This document shows positions 12,901 to 21,800 of a stretch of DNA of 24,503 bases, one piece after another (the first letter of the stretch is position 1; each line of letters begins with the position of its first letter). Where the stretch lies: positions 1 through 24,503 of the IMG/VR virus record IMGVR_UViG_3300020449_000183. The stretch is one strand, 5' to 3'. The position numbers and the translations under genes were made by a program. Source of the stretch: a virus. Taxonomy: Duplodnaviria > Caudoviricetes. The notes under the pieces were generated by a model. It was not told the DNA's origin. It saw only the letters and a list, made by a program, of their open reading frames with translations, and ran no database searches.

Positions 12901-14265
12901 AGAGGATATACATTTAGTGGTGGTAGTGTAATTACCTTTACTGAAGCACCTAAAATTGGTGATACATCTAAAGTTCTATTCTATAAAGGAACTGGTGGTA
13001 TGGATGTTGTATTTAAAGATGTTTTAGAAACTGTTAAGAAAGGAGATAAATTGACAGTTGGATATGATCCTTCTAAAGGACAAAAAGCTTCTTTACAGGA
13101 AGATCCTAGAATAGTTACTAGTATAGATGCTACTGATCTTGTAACTACTAATCCATACTTTGGACCTGGTAATACTACAGATGAAAGTATGATGAGACCT
13201 GTAGTATGGTGTAGACAGACTGAAGATGAAATTGTAGATGGAAAAGAAATTGGAAAAGATAGATCTTTGTATGAACCAATCATTTATCCTTATGGTTATC
13301 TTACAAAATCTGTTGGTATTGGATCAACATCTGTTTGGGTTGATAGTTTAAGACCATTATTTGACGCAAATAATGAGAATGAGACTGATACTGGTTTCCA
13401 GAATAGTATAAGATTGATTTCACAAGATACAGTCGTTTCTGCTGCTGCTACTGCAGTTGTTTCTGGATTGGGTACCATTTCATCTATAGTACTATCAACA
13501 GGCGGTAGAGGGTATTCTACGACCCCTACAGTGAGCATTGCTTCAACCATAGGAATTATTACCAGTACTATGGCAATGGCAGAGGCAACATTAACTAATG
13601 GAGTTGTAAGTGGAGTTGCCGTAACGAGTCCTGGAGTTGGATATACAAATACTAATCCTCCTTTGGTTCTTATTACTCCAACTATAGCAGTTGATGAAAA
13701 GAATAAAGTTTCTAGTTACGCAGGTGATTCTGGAGTGATTGTTGGATTTGGTATTACTACTGTTTCTTCACAAGATCAACTTATATTTGATTTGTTTATT
13801 CCATACGATTCCTATCTAAGAGAACCTGCTTTGGTGGGAACTGCTCAGACATTAAGTAGTTTGATGGGTCATGATCGTTTCGTTGTTTATAATTCAAATG
13901 TTGGTTCTGCAGTGACCTCAATAACTTCTCAAGATAGTGCAGGTTCTAATACTGTTGGAATAGGAAAATCCTATGTTGATAATGTTTATGAAGTGAAGAG
14001 TGTAGAATTTATTCCTAAGAATATAGTTGGTATTAATACAAATGTTACTAGAGTATTTGTAAATGTTTCTAGTCCTATTACATACGGTTCTGGAATTTCA
14101 ACTTCTGATTACTTTGGTTCATTTAGTTGGGGTAGAATTAAACTTGATGGAAGACAACTTGAAAATGCTTTTACAGCAGAAACTCTAAATGGTACTACTG
14201 GTATTAGCACTTCCACACTTGTCGAAAGGACTAATCCTTTGAAGTTTAAAAATTATACAGTATAA
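928..14265 (+). CDS. gp7: Giant baseplate wedge initiator / gp7-like virion structural protein (4445 aa)
   Basis: N-terminal QLPEYVRDEFPLVSEFLKTYY and KDFYLSKGTDQSFEILFKALYNEDV, plus later IQDSFYYQCFAYSLRS...HTLGFRKFSD, are motifs of gp7-like wedge proteins. It sits between gp6 and gp8, starts 1 nt after the gp6 stop, and is G/T/S/V-rich with many repeat modules. Confidence 0.85.
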   Translation: MAVKRVQFNNIVQNQLPEYVRDEFPLVSEFLKTYYQANEYQGAPADLIQNIDQYSKIDELTNVVDKVSLNSDITAIDETISVDMGAYPQGTDGFPDSYGLIKIDNEIITYTGKTDTSFTGCVRGFCGISSYKAETNPDVLVFNSTTSEEHTKGSEITNLSTLFLKQFLLKTKYQLLPGLEDRSLHSDLNQNVFIKQAKDFYLSKGTDQSFEILFKALYNEDVKIIRPKEFLFTPSNAQYQVTNDLVVEAIEGDPVDLELATLFQDEYGTDIGKAYAPITSVEKVFTGTATTAYKLSVDGGYNRDVRVDGAMYGAFSIHPKTKVIGQVSVGTTTLDVDSTVDFTHSGELSVVYNDATTGIVSYTSKSTTQFFGCSNVTGIIPDAANIGINTYAYGTSVNDSTKTVKVRVNKVLKNLIYPDKTEGYSKGNVAKIKTLGTNDNTFKGKNWFYNISPIYNVTKVTLVDNVDLAYEVVTENDTIFKIGDTAILKGHDGIDRETTITSLNAANAFIIKGQGNISTAQTYTIQRLLNKGRSNTFNDLERYSTDVQNVYKKDDDLIVTSPSIPSYNDQPLNVSTRSVVFSGTFRGDTFKISDSEHGLYTGDAIYYIPQKVEYTYYDAFFASKTGVRVNSSLFTTDLEFVVTGNNGGSEVSNRVPPNEGLYFVKRIDSTTIKLARSRSNLNNSSFIFLNNTAVVTDCIIEPYALRNSTLQPQKLVRKITPPISSGVVHKTEPGTTGVLINGVEILNYKSTDQITYGKIKSIDVVDGGTDYDIINPPLLTITDQVGTGATGFLAVSGSLTKIDIEDTGFDYTAPPIINITGGNGNGATASVNMRQIEHKVSFNAGVPFAGAATTSSVNLVDNTIGFGNVYHKFRNAEEVIYNTDGQTAIGGLTKASTYFVNVKDAYTIGIHSTYQAAIDGDAPISLTSYGEGKQLFRSVFKKSIVDSINVTNSGSNYEVKTRTVQPVGVSTVLDSINIENHDYSSGEVIKYTTDGTIIEGLVHGSEYYVTSVDKDNFKLSLTKDLYDTEQYVNIGSKGEGTQTFNYPEISVELVGSVGIDPVGADTFKAKVQPVFRGEITSVHLSNNGVGYGSSEIVNFERAPFISLTAGRNAQLQPVISNGKIIDVIVLNSGSGYISIPDLDISGDGIGAVLTPIIQNNKLTDVKIISGGVGYSQASTTISVFSTGKGVKLKSNIQSWRINLFHKDPNFTKDDGFITDGNIGLQYTHLYAPRKLREVIYSVDQSGRILYARPDLRRVNNSEIPSEFHSPIIGWAYDGNPIYGPYGYLTNQGGTIAQMKSGYSLDLKEGRPPISIYPEGFFIEDYTYRDVSDNTVLDENNGRFCVTPEFPNGTYAYFATIDISAAASSGPFDGYKEPQFPYLIGDNYNSVPNSFNHDITSNQDQYNFDGWFRNTQPYNLISTELNYKYISIPNDLKQTVDIVGTTPGTITSIGIQTGGILHQVGDKVNFDNTNTQGVGAAARVSHLDGKSVTSVSVASSVITGVEIYPSNVDGEYEIVSPYPHNFYNTELLTVSGLSTTSSKIGGTYNIGVSTNTWSLTGVGDTTISVDAVSATGIVTFLNIAGNLSNSVIRSNDILGIGTEQVKVLNVEPLYSRIRVLREIDGTVGSAHSVTTVVYERPKRLTINAGFNTTYNSKVNNELYFNPIHSVGLGTLTGVGVGTVIGLNNPGAGISEIFIPTKSLYIPNHGFETGDKLTYSANTGLGISIAYNSGGAVSTLPSTVYVARISEDLVGLATVRVALGSTGTFNGVDSGFKASTTLFFTGIGTNTYHSLKTTYKPITGEVSQHIVTVATAQTHGLSNNDIVNVSVNPINTTTHIVKYNKYNRRLVVDPKTVVAANVNISNNSFTLANHGYLTGDKVIHNGNGLTDNRIYYIVKVDNNTFKLSETYYKSTQLKPVIVNVTSAQDATFSAINPPLKAYKNSTVEFDLSDSSLSYINQATSYAAFEFNFYTNKDFTELWNTSKTTRNFEVQRTGTPGISADAKVSLKVDENIPEILYYKLDPISESDLPDLYKNIIIDPVITGSEIEFNNSDYNGEYSITFGSTTSFEYSIPNIPEKTSYTSTSSDLKYNTTSKTAFGSINKFEITNDGQNYYTLPGISSITSRIGKNALVEAKSNTIGKITRTKIKDIGFDYPSDPTLTPSVNLPQFVTIERFGTLESVGVTSVGKAYGIAPKLIVLDGETKEELPGVDLKYTLGNSKIEILNNSTGMSLLPPTILPIENSNGVGISTISYNPNTADVTVELNVGFSTADTFPFNVNDKVMVENISVGVGSTGLGYNSVNYNHQLFTITETHPNIGGIGATVTYNMGTLIGAGKTIGEFVPANSAGRIIPEKDFPVFETKLTTTEFFVGEEVKSNSASGIVESWDTNDGILKISARGSFVENEVIKGQSSNTQGTASSITSYDAHFEMGAFAKVEKGNQTDSGVLNYSMQRIQDSFYYQCFAYSLRSKVDFDTWDDLVSSTNHTLGFRKFSDYQLETNEEINASVGLSTNLTSFEVINDLIGVGDLNCDYNFDLVKENSLTLDYKIASDEIIFNSKVLTDYFESIGNRVLSIDDISPQFNSHPRATEFSVAGTFKLANTRSAKFITFIRDKRFIGQRQLMVVDLIHDSSIAYLNQYGRVETQYDQGSFDFVISGNEGQLLFYPTKSAVNDYWVMALSYNMNDNFVATGATSLGGVATIDSQSVQVASGTPTTIVSIATTYRSIKSLVNITADTGLQNNEFEMEELNIIHDGTDVELMEFGQLTTTLTPWANSGFGTYSAYIDGGNVKVDFHPNAGIGTTAVVNTVNVAMAAAATGIGTADLKHARIEARTTAIASNANPTPTVIADFPSQVGATDQAYDAGYFVLQVTDTTNNRYQMSEFIVVDDYVEEQGTGNTYDVEFGNVETVVGLGTFGSRLNINAGATTNIEIVFTPLPNIDVTVNAYTNALRIQDDNKTSMSLDEAGSVNAFFGDYTGTDRDIKRAFNLTHNNFEIFQRSFEGNSSSIVSVDANTISIPNHFFVSGEKIKYAHAGAGSTQAIEITNTNFPDLGVSTTFVPSELYAVKIDADKIKLASSATNALKVVPEVLDITSVGIGTSHRFVSTNQNPKVIVALDNILQSPIVSTAQTTVLADEIFTTNDLIPFSGITSFFGSDLIQIEDEIMKIEGVGIGSTNMVRVRRGWLGTPLAGYGTGTLITRVNGNYNIVDNTLNFSEPPYGNIPESSPLNPPDSRDWVGISTSSTFQGRSFMRSGVPNTTNETYYKNYIFDDISAGFNGINKDFRLKSKGQDVSGISSENGIILVNDVFQGPGADYNYQLSEASGITTITFTGGALDVSTLDRDANATKRPLGGTIVSVGSVEGWGYQPLVAAGGTAIVSTAGTITSISIGNTGSGYRSGIQTVNVSIQQESLTSIDKVEIGTATVSDGHVTGVALTNSQVFYKPRSITNVGYSSITGITEIKTFQPHGLIQGDEVSLSGIAFTCTYSGPKSITGFAYSASTGIATVTTSGSHGYETGKDVIFTGIGMTCGLDNGATDHFYPRGEDYAYNNSVAIAATTSNSITLDVGVSGKNDQYTHAFVSATTGAVKSGGDYRHIFASSTSNSISIANTTRTLTPTDAAYNAAVGLVTFTVSNHGLFTTDTVGVSTNALEFRCEMDDYSSLHSYPRTTDPIHNTMVAVAATTANTFTIDVGTSPLVSHNVSGATYDAASGIMVLTIGAHTLKTGTSIKLDTESLAFTCSKDGNATTHKYPRKPDPYYAGTKVTQVNSATEFVVNVGISTVETFYKSGGKVQGVIVAPRPTDAAAGRTTVLSIIDNNTFSVNSGVSTRTHFYARSGKVQKPLDVVFDSPLSYDDMPLVYANGEAGFGTAGRVDVQVGQGSSVIDFEVVNTGYGYGAGDILTVPIGGTTGIPTTYGFQEFQLTVTEEFTDEFTGWSIGTLDMLDNFDNKFDGSTQSFRISKAGTLVSIRSSAGSNINVEDALLVFINDILQVPGRGYTFSGGSVITFTEAPKIGDTSKVLFYKGTGGMDVVFKDVLETVKKGDKLTVGYDPSKGQKASLQEDPRIVTSIDATDLVTTNPYFGPGNTTDESMMRPVVWCRQTEDEIVDGKEIGKDRSLYEPIIYPYGYLTKSVGIGSTSVWVDSLRPLFDANNENETDTGFQNSIRLISQDTVVSAAATAVVSGLGTISSIVLSTGGRGYSTTPTVSIASTIGIITSTMAMAEATLTNGVVSGVAVTSPGVGYTNTNPPLVLITPTIAVDEKNKVSSYAGDSGVIVGFGITTVSSQDQLIFDLFIPYDSYLREPALVGTAQTLSSLMGHDRFVVYNSNVGSAVTSITSQDSAGSNTVGIGKSYVDNVYEVKSVEFIPKNIVGINTNVTRVFVNVSSPITYGSGISTSDYFGSFSWGRIKLDGRQLENAFTAETLNGTTGISTSTLVERTNPLKFKNYTV
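3127..5079 (+). other. Split YHYH-like domain within gp7
   Basis: GTTGVLINGVEI at 3127, HSPIIGWAYDGNPIYGPYGY at 4729, LDENNGRFCVTPEFPNGTYAYFAT at 4933 and PQFPYLIG at 5056 resemble the conserved blocks of the YHYH family (recognised by eye). Confidence 0.65.
8680..9780 (+). repeat. Three tandem ~110-130 aa beta-rich protein repeats in gp7
   Basis: RSAKFITFI..LIHDSSIAYLNQYGRVET..GSF..LLFYP / YRSIKSLVNI..IIHDGTDVELMEFGQLTT..GFGTY..VDFHP / YDAGYFVLQV..IVVDD..YDVEFGNVET..GLGTF..IVFTP. The repeat is visible at protein level only. Confidence 0.75.
11248..12441 (+). repeat. Cassette of four His/Cys/YPR protein repeats in gp7
   Basis: Units of Y-x4-G...H-[GT]-[LY]...[FM]-[TR]-C...H-x-Y-P-R-x-x-D...[DN]-[VS]-G-x-S. 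HFYPR is at 11533, HSYPR at 11908, HKYPR at 12163 and a degenerate APRPTD at 12310. Confidence 0.8.
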
Positions 14266-14269
14266 CCTA

Positions 14270-14277
14270 GATAAATA
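14270..14277 (+). promoter_or_regulatory. T4-type (gp55-dependent) late promoter box GATAAATA
   Basis: 7/8 match to TATAAATA in the 31-nt gp7-gp8 intergenic gap, 19 nt before the gp8 ATG. Confidence 0.8.
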
Positions 14278-14296
14278 AAAAGAAAACTGTTTAACA

Positions 14297-15853
14297 ATGG
14301 CGGCCATAATAACTGATCAGATAAGAATATTAAATGCAAAGAACTTTGTTGCGGGTGTAACTACAGGTACTAATGCTTATTATTCTTTTATAGGTCTACC
14401 AAATCCTACTGATTATCAAAGTGATTGGGATAGTAATCCACCGTCACCTAAAGATAATTTTGAGGAAGAGGATGATTATTGGGATACTATGATTGCATTG
14501 AAGAAAATCAATGCAGGTGATGTTAGACAGGTTGTACGAAGAAGATTATGGTCTTCTGGAAATACCTATGACATGTATAGGAATGATTATAGTAGATCTA
14601 ATACTGCAAAGATATCTGGAGCAACTAATCTATATTCTGCATCATATTATGTTGTTAATAGTGATTATAGAGTTTATGAGTGTCTTCAGAATGGTACAGA
14701 TCCAGAAAATCCTAATGGAAAACCTTCTTTAGATGAACCAACATTTACTGATTTAGAACCAAGGTCTGCTGGTAGTAGTGGTGATGGATATATTTGGAAA
14801 TATCTTTATACTATTAAACCAAGTGATATTGTAAAGTTTGAATCAACAGACTTTATTCCTACTCCACCAAATTGGAGTACTAATACTGAAGATGCTGCTG
14901 TAAGAGGCAATGCAGTTGATGGTTCACTTAAAATTGTTACCATCACTAACCGTGGTGTTGGATTAGGGACTGCTGGTGAAACTTACACTAGAGTTCCTAT
15001 TAAAGGTGATGGTACTGGTGCAGAATGTACTATTGTAATTAATGCAGAATCAAAAGTTGGAAGTATAGAAGTTTCTAATCAAGGTTCTGGATATACTTAC
15101 GGTAATGTAGATTTAGTGGCAGGTGGTGTTCCTACAGGTACAACAATACCTACCTTTGATGTTATTACATCTCCTCCAGGAGGTCATGGAGCTGATGTTT
15201 ACAGAGAACTTGGTGCATACAATGTTCTTTTATATTCTAGAATTGAAAATGATAATGAGAATCCTGATTTTATTACAGGAAATCAAATAGCAAGAGTTGG
15301 AGTAGTTGAAAATCCTAAAGTTCCTGGAAGTCTCACAGAAAATTTAAGTATTGATAAGGCAAGTGCTTTACATGCTCTTAGATTGACTGGTATTGGATAC
15401 AGTACTGCTACATTTACACCAGATTCTTATGTTACACAAACAGTAGGAACAGGTCAAACTGCAGCAGGAAGAGTTGTTAATTATGATCAAACTACTGGTG
15501 TTTTAAAGTATTGGCAAGATAGAACAATTGCAGGATTTAATACTGTAGGTACTGCACAAACTAATCCTACTTGGGGATTTGAATTATTAGAATTTACTAG
15601 TACCCCATCTGGAAATGGAAATGTTACTATTGTTCCATCAAGTGGTTCAAACTTAGGTATTGATACTACTTTTACAGGTATAAGTACCTCAATAAATAAT
15701 AAGACATATTACCTTGGTCAATTTTTTAATAATGGTCTTGCATCTCCTGAAGTTAAACAGCATTCAGGAAATATAATATATGTTGATAACAGACCTTCTA
15801 TTACTAGGTCTGCTAACCAAAAAGAAGATATTAAAGTTATTTTGCAGTTCTAA
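14297..15853 (+). CDS. gp8: Baseplate wedge subunit gp8 (518 aa)
   Basis: MAAIITDQIRILNAKNF start, YWDTMIALKKI..DVRQVVRRRLW, YRVYECLQNG, DGYIWKYLYTI and C-terminal SGNIIYVDNRPSITRSANQKEDIKVILQF are characteristic of T4 gp8 homologues. Confidence 0.93.
   Translation: MAAIITDQIRILNAKNFVAGVTTGTNAYYSFIGLPNPTDYQSDWDSNPPSPKDNFEEEDDYWDTMIALKKINAGDVRQVVRRRLWSSGNTYDMYRNDYSRSNTAKISGATNLYSASYYVVNSDYRVYECLQNGTDPENPNGKPSLDEPTFTDLEPRSAGSSGDGYIWKYLYTIKPSDIVKFESTDFIPTPPNWSTNTEDAAVRGNAVDGSLKIVTITNRGVGLGTAGETYTRVPIKGDGTGAECTIVINAESKVGSIEVSNQGSGYTYGNVDLVAGGVPTGTTIPTFDVITSPPGGHGADVYRELGAYNVLLYSRIENDNENPDFITGNQIARVGVVENPKVPGSLTENLSIDKASALHALRLTGIGYSTATFTPDSYVTQTVGTGQTAAGRVVNYDQTTGVLKYWQDRTIAGFNTVGTAQTNPTWGFELLEFTSTPSGNGNVTIVPSSGSNLGIDTTFTGISTSINNKTYYLGQFFNNGLASPEVKQHSGNIIYVDNRPSITRSANQKEDIKVILQF
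15691..15698 (+). promoter_or_regulatory. Candidate internal late promoter box AATAAATA inside gp8, upstream of vrlC
   Basis: 7/8 match to TATAAATA about 160 nt upstream of the 15860 ATG. It is the only plus-strand ATAAATA I found in the interior of a coding region. Confidence 0.45.
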
Positions 15854-15859
15854 GTAATC

Positions 15860-18800
15860 ATGCCACAGCAAACCAATCTAGATGTATCGCCATATTTTGA
15901 CGATTATAACCCTGCTGATGAGTTCCATCGGGTATTATTTAAACCTGGATATCCTGTACAGGCAAGAGAGTTAACAACTCTTCAGTCTATACTGCAGAAT
16001 CAGATTGAAAAGTTTGGTCAACATTTTTTTAAGGATGGTGCCAAGGTAATACCTGGTAACACTTCTTATAATAATGATTATCGTGGTATTCAGTTAAACA
16101 ATTTATATCAAGGTATTCCTGTAGCTGCTTATGTAGATCAATTAATCGGTACTAAAATTACAGGAGAATCTTCAGGTGTAACTGCAGTTGTTAATAAGGT
16201 ATTATTAGATCAAGATTCTGAAAATGGCAATTTAACTTTATATGTAACTTATATTGGTTCAAGTACTGCTAATAACTCCACTGTTACTTTTGCTGATGGT
16301 GAAGAATTATCTTCAGATACAACAATTACTTCTGGTTTATTAGGAAATACTGCCATAAGTGCAGGTACTCCATTTGGTTCTACTATCTCTGCTGATGCTG
16401 CAATAACAGGTTCTTCTTTTTCTATTCAGGAAGGTGTATATTTTGTTAGGGGTCAATTTGTTCAATGCCAAACAGGAACTCTGGTATTAGATCAATATTC
16501 AAATAATCCTAGTTATAGAATTGGATTTTTTGTTAATGAGGAAATAATTACATCTGATTTAGACGAATCTTTAAATGATAATTCTCAAGGATATAATAAT
16601 TATAGTGCTCCTGGTGCAGATAGATTAAAAATATCTTTAACTTTATTCAAAAAAAGTTTAACTGATGAAGATGATACTAATTTTATTGAATTAGGTACTG
16701 TTACTGATGGAGTATTAAAGACTATTCCTAGACAAGGATTTGGTGTAGGTCCAAATGGTGGTGTATTTTATGAGGATTTAGAAGATACACTTGCTAGAAG
16801 GACTTATGACGAATCTGGAGATTATTATGTAAAACCATTTGATGTTACCTTAAGGGAATCATTAAATGATAATATTGGTAATAGAGGACTTTACCAAGAA
16901 GGACAAATAACTCCAATGGGAGGTACTCCTTCAGACGAATTGATGATTTATAAAATTTCTGGAGGTAAAGCATATGTTAAAGGTTATGAGGTTGGTACTC
17001 CTCAACCAACAATATTAGATGCTGCTAAACCAAGAACTACTAAGATTATTAAAGATGAGGGTATACTTTATAATACAGGTGCTGCTCTTAAAGTAAATAG
17101 AAGTTTTGGTGCTCCTATAGTTGGTGTTGGTAATACATATGTTTTAAGTTTACAAGATCAAAGAACTGCTGCAAACCAAACTACAGCACAGGGAACAGAG
17201 ATTGGAGTAGCAAGAGTATATGATTATAATTTAGAATCTGGTTCTTATGATGCTGCAAATGCTAATGTAAATCAGTGGGATATTTCTTTATATGATGTTG
17301 AAACCTATGTAACTTTAACATTGAATGAGGGTATTACTTTATCAACACCAACATATATTAAAGGTACTAAGAGTGGTGCAACTGGTTTCCTTAGAACTGC
17401 TGCTTCTGCTACAAATTCATTAACCCTCTATGGAGTTAATGGTGAGTTTATTGTAGAAGAACCACTTCTTTTCCCAGGTAAAAACGAAGATGGAACTTCT
17501 GTATCAAGAGTAGTTACTGCAGTTGATGTTAAAAGTATTAATGATGTAAAATCTATATTTGGTAAAGTTGGTGGTGGAAATACATTTGCTGCTGATGTAA
17601 TACAGTCAGTTGGATCTTTTATCGGTATTGGTAGTATTACTGCTGCTTCAAGTGGTCTTAGTACTATTACAAGTACAAATGAACTATTCCCTGGTACTCT
17701 TGTATCCGTAAATAATTTACTTAAATTTAGTAATACTGCTCAATCAGACGATCCAACTTATGGTCAAGTTACTGCAGTTGGAACTAATACTGTTACAATA
17801 AAAGCAGTTGCAGATGTAAATGGAGTAGTTAATGGTAATCTACCAACTGCATCTTTACAAGTTACTGATTTAGAAGTTTTGACTACTGAGTTGGATGCAT
17901 CTTCAGATGATACTTTATTTACGGTGCTTCCTAAACCAAATATCGCAACAGTTGATAATACAAAGGGAAGTATAACAATAAGAAAGAAATTTGCTGTTGA
18001 TATAGAGAATGGTCAGTTAAAATCAAATACAATTCCTACTACAGGAACTAATGAGACATTCTTACCATTTGATGAGGAAAGATATATTCTTATAAGGTCT
18101 GATGGCACTACAGAATCTTTAACTGCTAATCAGTTTGTATTTACTGGTGGAACACAATTACAGATTTATGGATTAGGTTCTGATGATCAAGATGCTACAT
18201 TACTTACAGCAATAACTAAACTTAAACCTACTTCAAAAGAAAAAATTAAAGATAGGGTTAATTCTATTGTAGTTACCAAGTCAACAATTGGTGGTTCTGG
18301 TATTAATACTTCAGGTATTGGTAATACTACTTTAAATGATGGATTGGAATATGGAAATTATCCTTGGGGAACTAGAGTTCAAGATGAAGTTATATCTTTG
18401 AACACTCCTGATATTATTAAAGTTCATGGTATATTTGAATCATCTACTACAGGTGATGCTTCTGCACCAACTGCTGTTTTATCTTCTCTTACAAGTGCTT
18501 CTACAACAACAGAAGAGTTTATAGTTGGTGAGCAAATAGTAGGACAGACTAGTGGAGCTATTGCTATTGTTGCTGAAAAGCTAACAGCAAGTCAGATCAG
18601 TTTCATTTATGAAAATGAAAAAGTTTTCATAGAAGGAGAAATTGTAGCAGCAAAAGAGTCATTAATACAAGGTAATGTAACTACTTTAGAATCTACTAGT
18701 TATGATATAAGTAAAGAATTTACTTATGATAGTGGTCAGGAAGGAAGTTTCTATAATTATGGATTCCTCATTAGAAATTCAGGTGTTGATGCACCAACTC

Positions 18801-21800
18801 ATAAGTTAAAAATTTACTTTATGAGTGCATCTTATGATTCTACTGATACTGGAGATGTAACAACTGTTGAATCATATAGAAACTTTAATTATTCTACGGA
18901 AATTCCTTCTGTTAATGGTATTAGGAACAGTGATATTATTGATATAAGACCTAGAGTTTCTACTTATACAGTTGCAGAAAATAGTCGTTCTCCTCTTGAA
19001 TTTGATGGTAGAACATTTAATGGTGCTGGTAATTCTGCTGGTGCTATGCTCCAATCAGATGGGTCTATTTTAACCACTTATTCATACTATCAAGGAAGAA
19101 TAGATAGAATTTTTGCTAATAAAGAAGGTGTTTTCCAAGTGGTATATGGAACACCATCAGACAATCCATCAAGACCACTTCCAGTTGATGATGCTATAGA
19201 GATTGCAACAGTATCTCTTCCACCATATCTTTATGATGTTTCTCAATCCTCTATTAAGTTTTTAGAGTATAAGAGATATCAAATGCAAGATATCCATAAA
19301 CTTGATACTAGAATTAAGAATTTAGAATATTACACGGCATTATCTTTATTGGAAACTAATACTTCCAATATGTTTGTTTCAGATTCAGATGGACTTAATA
19401 GGTTTAAGTCTGGTTTCTTTGTTGACAATTTCTCATCATTCGTTGCACAAGAAACTAGTGAGGGAGTTAAGAACAGTATCGACCCTAAAAGAGGAGAATT
19501 AAGAGCATCGCATTATACAACTTCTATTGACCTAATGACTGGTCCTGTAGAAGGTGTTATTCCAGATCAAGATAAGAATTTTACAACTCCTGAAGGTGTT
19601 AATATAAGAAAAGATAACGGTATTATTACTCTAGATTATTCTGAGATTGAGTGGATTAAGCAAGTTTTTGGAACTAGAACAGAAAGTGTAACTCCTTATG
19701 TGGTATCTTACTGGGCTGGATCTTTAACATTGAATCCAGAATCTGATACTTGGGTTGATCAAACTAGATTAGAAGCTCGTGTTATCAATAGAGAAGGTAA
19801 TTTTGCAGAAACAGTAGCAGAATTATCAAGAACAAGAGGATTTGATCCACAGAATGGATTTGGTCAAACTGTATGGAATTCTTGGGAGACATTCTGGACT
19901 GGAGTTGGAAGAGAAGTGGAAGAACAGCATTTTATTGGTAATGTGAGATGGAGTAGACGAGGTAACTTTAGAATTGGAGAGCGTGTACTTGCAAGGGCAA
20001 ACTTTAGAGATGTTGAAAACAGACAAAGAAGAACTGGTGCAAGAATGGAAGTTAGAGAGCAGTTTGATACTGTATCTCAAGGAGATAGGACTATAAGTAG
20101 AAGTTTAATTCCATTTATGAGATCTAGGAATATTGAGTTTAGTGCAAAATCATTAAAACCATTAACCAGAATATATGCTTTCTTTGATTCTCAAAGTGTT
20201 TCCGAATTCTGTGTACCAAAATTAATTGAAATTAATATGATTGACGGTACATTCCAAGTAGGGGAAACTGTAAGAGGAGTAAATTTATCAAATAATAGTG
20301 CAGGAACTGGAGCATCTAATCTTATTACTTTTAGAGTTGCTCAAGCAAATCATAGAGAAGGTGAATACAATCTTCCAACTAAGACATATCCAGATAATCC
20401 TTATACCTTACAACCACTTTCATCAGAGTATTCGTCTACTTCGACATTAATTAATGTAGATACATTCTCATTAGCTAATATCAATCAACCAGAATATAGT
20501 GGTTATGTACAGAATCAAATGATTCTAGTTGGTCAGAGTAGTGGTGCTCAAGCAAGAGTAAGTAATGTTAGAATGGTTTCTGATATTACATCTGCACTTC
20601 AAGGTTCATTCTTTATTCCTGATACAACAGTAAATCCATCTGCACCTAGATTTGAGACGGGTAATAAGTTGTTTAGACTTACTAGTGATGAAGAAAATGG
20701 TTTAGGTTCTTCGACAAGGGGTGAAGAAGAATATAGAGCAGAAGGATTCCATGATGTTGTACAAGAAACTATTATTTCTACTAGAAATGCTACTGTAGAA
20801 TTGAATGAGTTAACTGAAGAAAGATCACAAACAAGAAGAGAACAGACTACAGCATGGACTAATACAAATAATTGGCAAACAATGGCAAGACAAAGAGTAG
20901 GAGGAGATCCACTTGCTCAAACATTTACTGTAGACGATAACACTGGAATCTTTATAACCAAGTGCGATGTCTTCTTTAGAACTAAAGATGATATGGATGT
21001 TCCTGTTAACTTCTCTATCAGAACAGTAGTTAATGGAATTCCTACTACAAAAATGGTTCCAGAGACAGAAGTTATTTTAGATCCTAGTGATGTTAATGTT
21101 TCTAGTGATGGTTCTTTTGCTACTACATTCCAATTTAAATCACCAGTTTACTTAGAACCAGAGCAAGAATATGCTATCGTTTTATTATCAAACTCAGCAA
21201 AATATGAAGTTTATATTTCTAGAGTTGGTGAAAATGATTTAATTACTGATTCATTTGTGGGACAACAACCATTCTTAGGATCTCTATTTAAGTCTCAGAA
21301 TGCTTCTACATGGGAACCAAGTCAGTGGGAAGATCTTAAATTTACTCTTTATAGAGCAGATTTTCTTTCAGATGGAACTGTTGAATTCTATAATCCAGAA
21401 TTATCTTCAGGAAACGGTCAAGTTCCATTACTTGAGGAAAATTCATTATCATTTACTTCAAGACAATCAAGAGTTGGATTGGGAACAACAATTGCTGATG
21501 GTGGTCTTAGAGTCGGTAATGTGGTTATACAGGCAGGAACTAATGCTACAGGAAATCTTGCAGGATTTGCAGGAACTGCCATTGGATTGAATATAATAAA
21601 TCCTGGTATTGGATATACACCTAGTAGTGGTACTTTAGGATTCACTGGAGTTAATTTGGTTACTGTAACTGGTGGTGGAAGAGGAGCAACTGCTAATATT
21701 ACAGTTACTGATGGTGTTATTGCTAATGCTGTTATAACTGGTACTGGTGGAGGTGGATATCAGATTGGTGATGTTGTAGGTTTCAATACTCTTGGAGTTG

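Noticed and set aside
1254-13550. Short alternative-frame and antisense ORFs within gp7 (1254, 1644, 2775, 3613, 9431, 12981, 13296)
   Set aside because: They are 60-100 aa, lie fully inside a long gene and show no recognisable motifs. They are best explained as shadows of codon bias.
14266-14296. Intrinsic terminator between gp7 and gp8
   Set aside because: There is no GC-rich stem with a U-tract. The gap is accounted for by the late promoter and a short A-rich leader.
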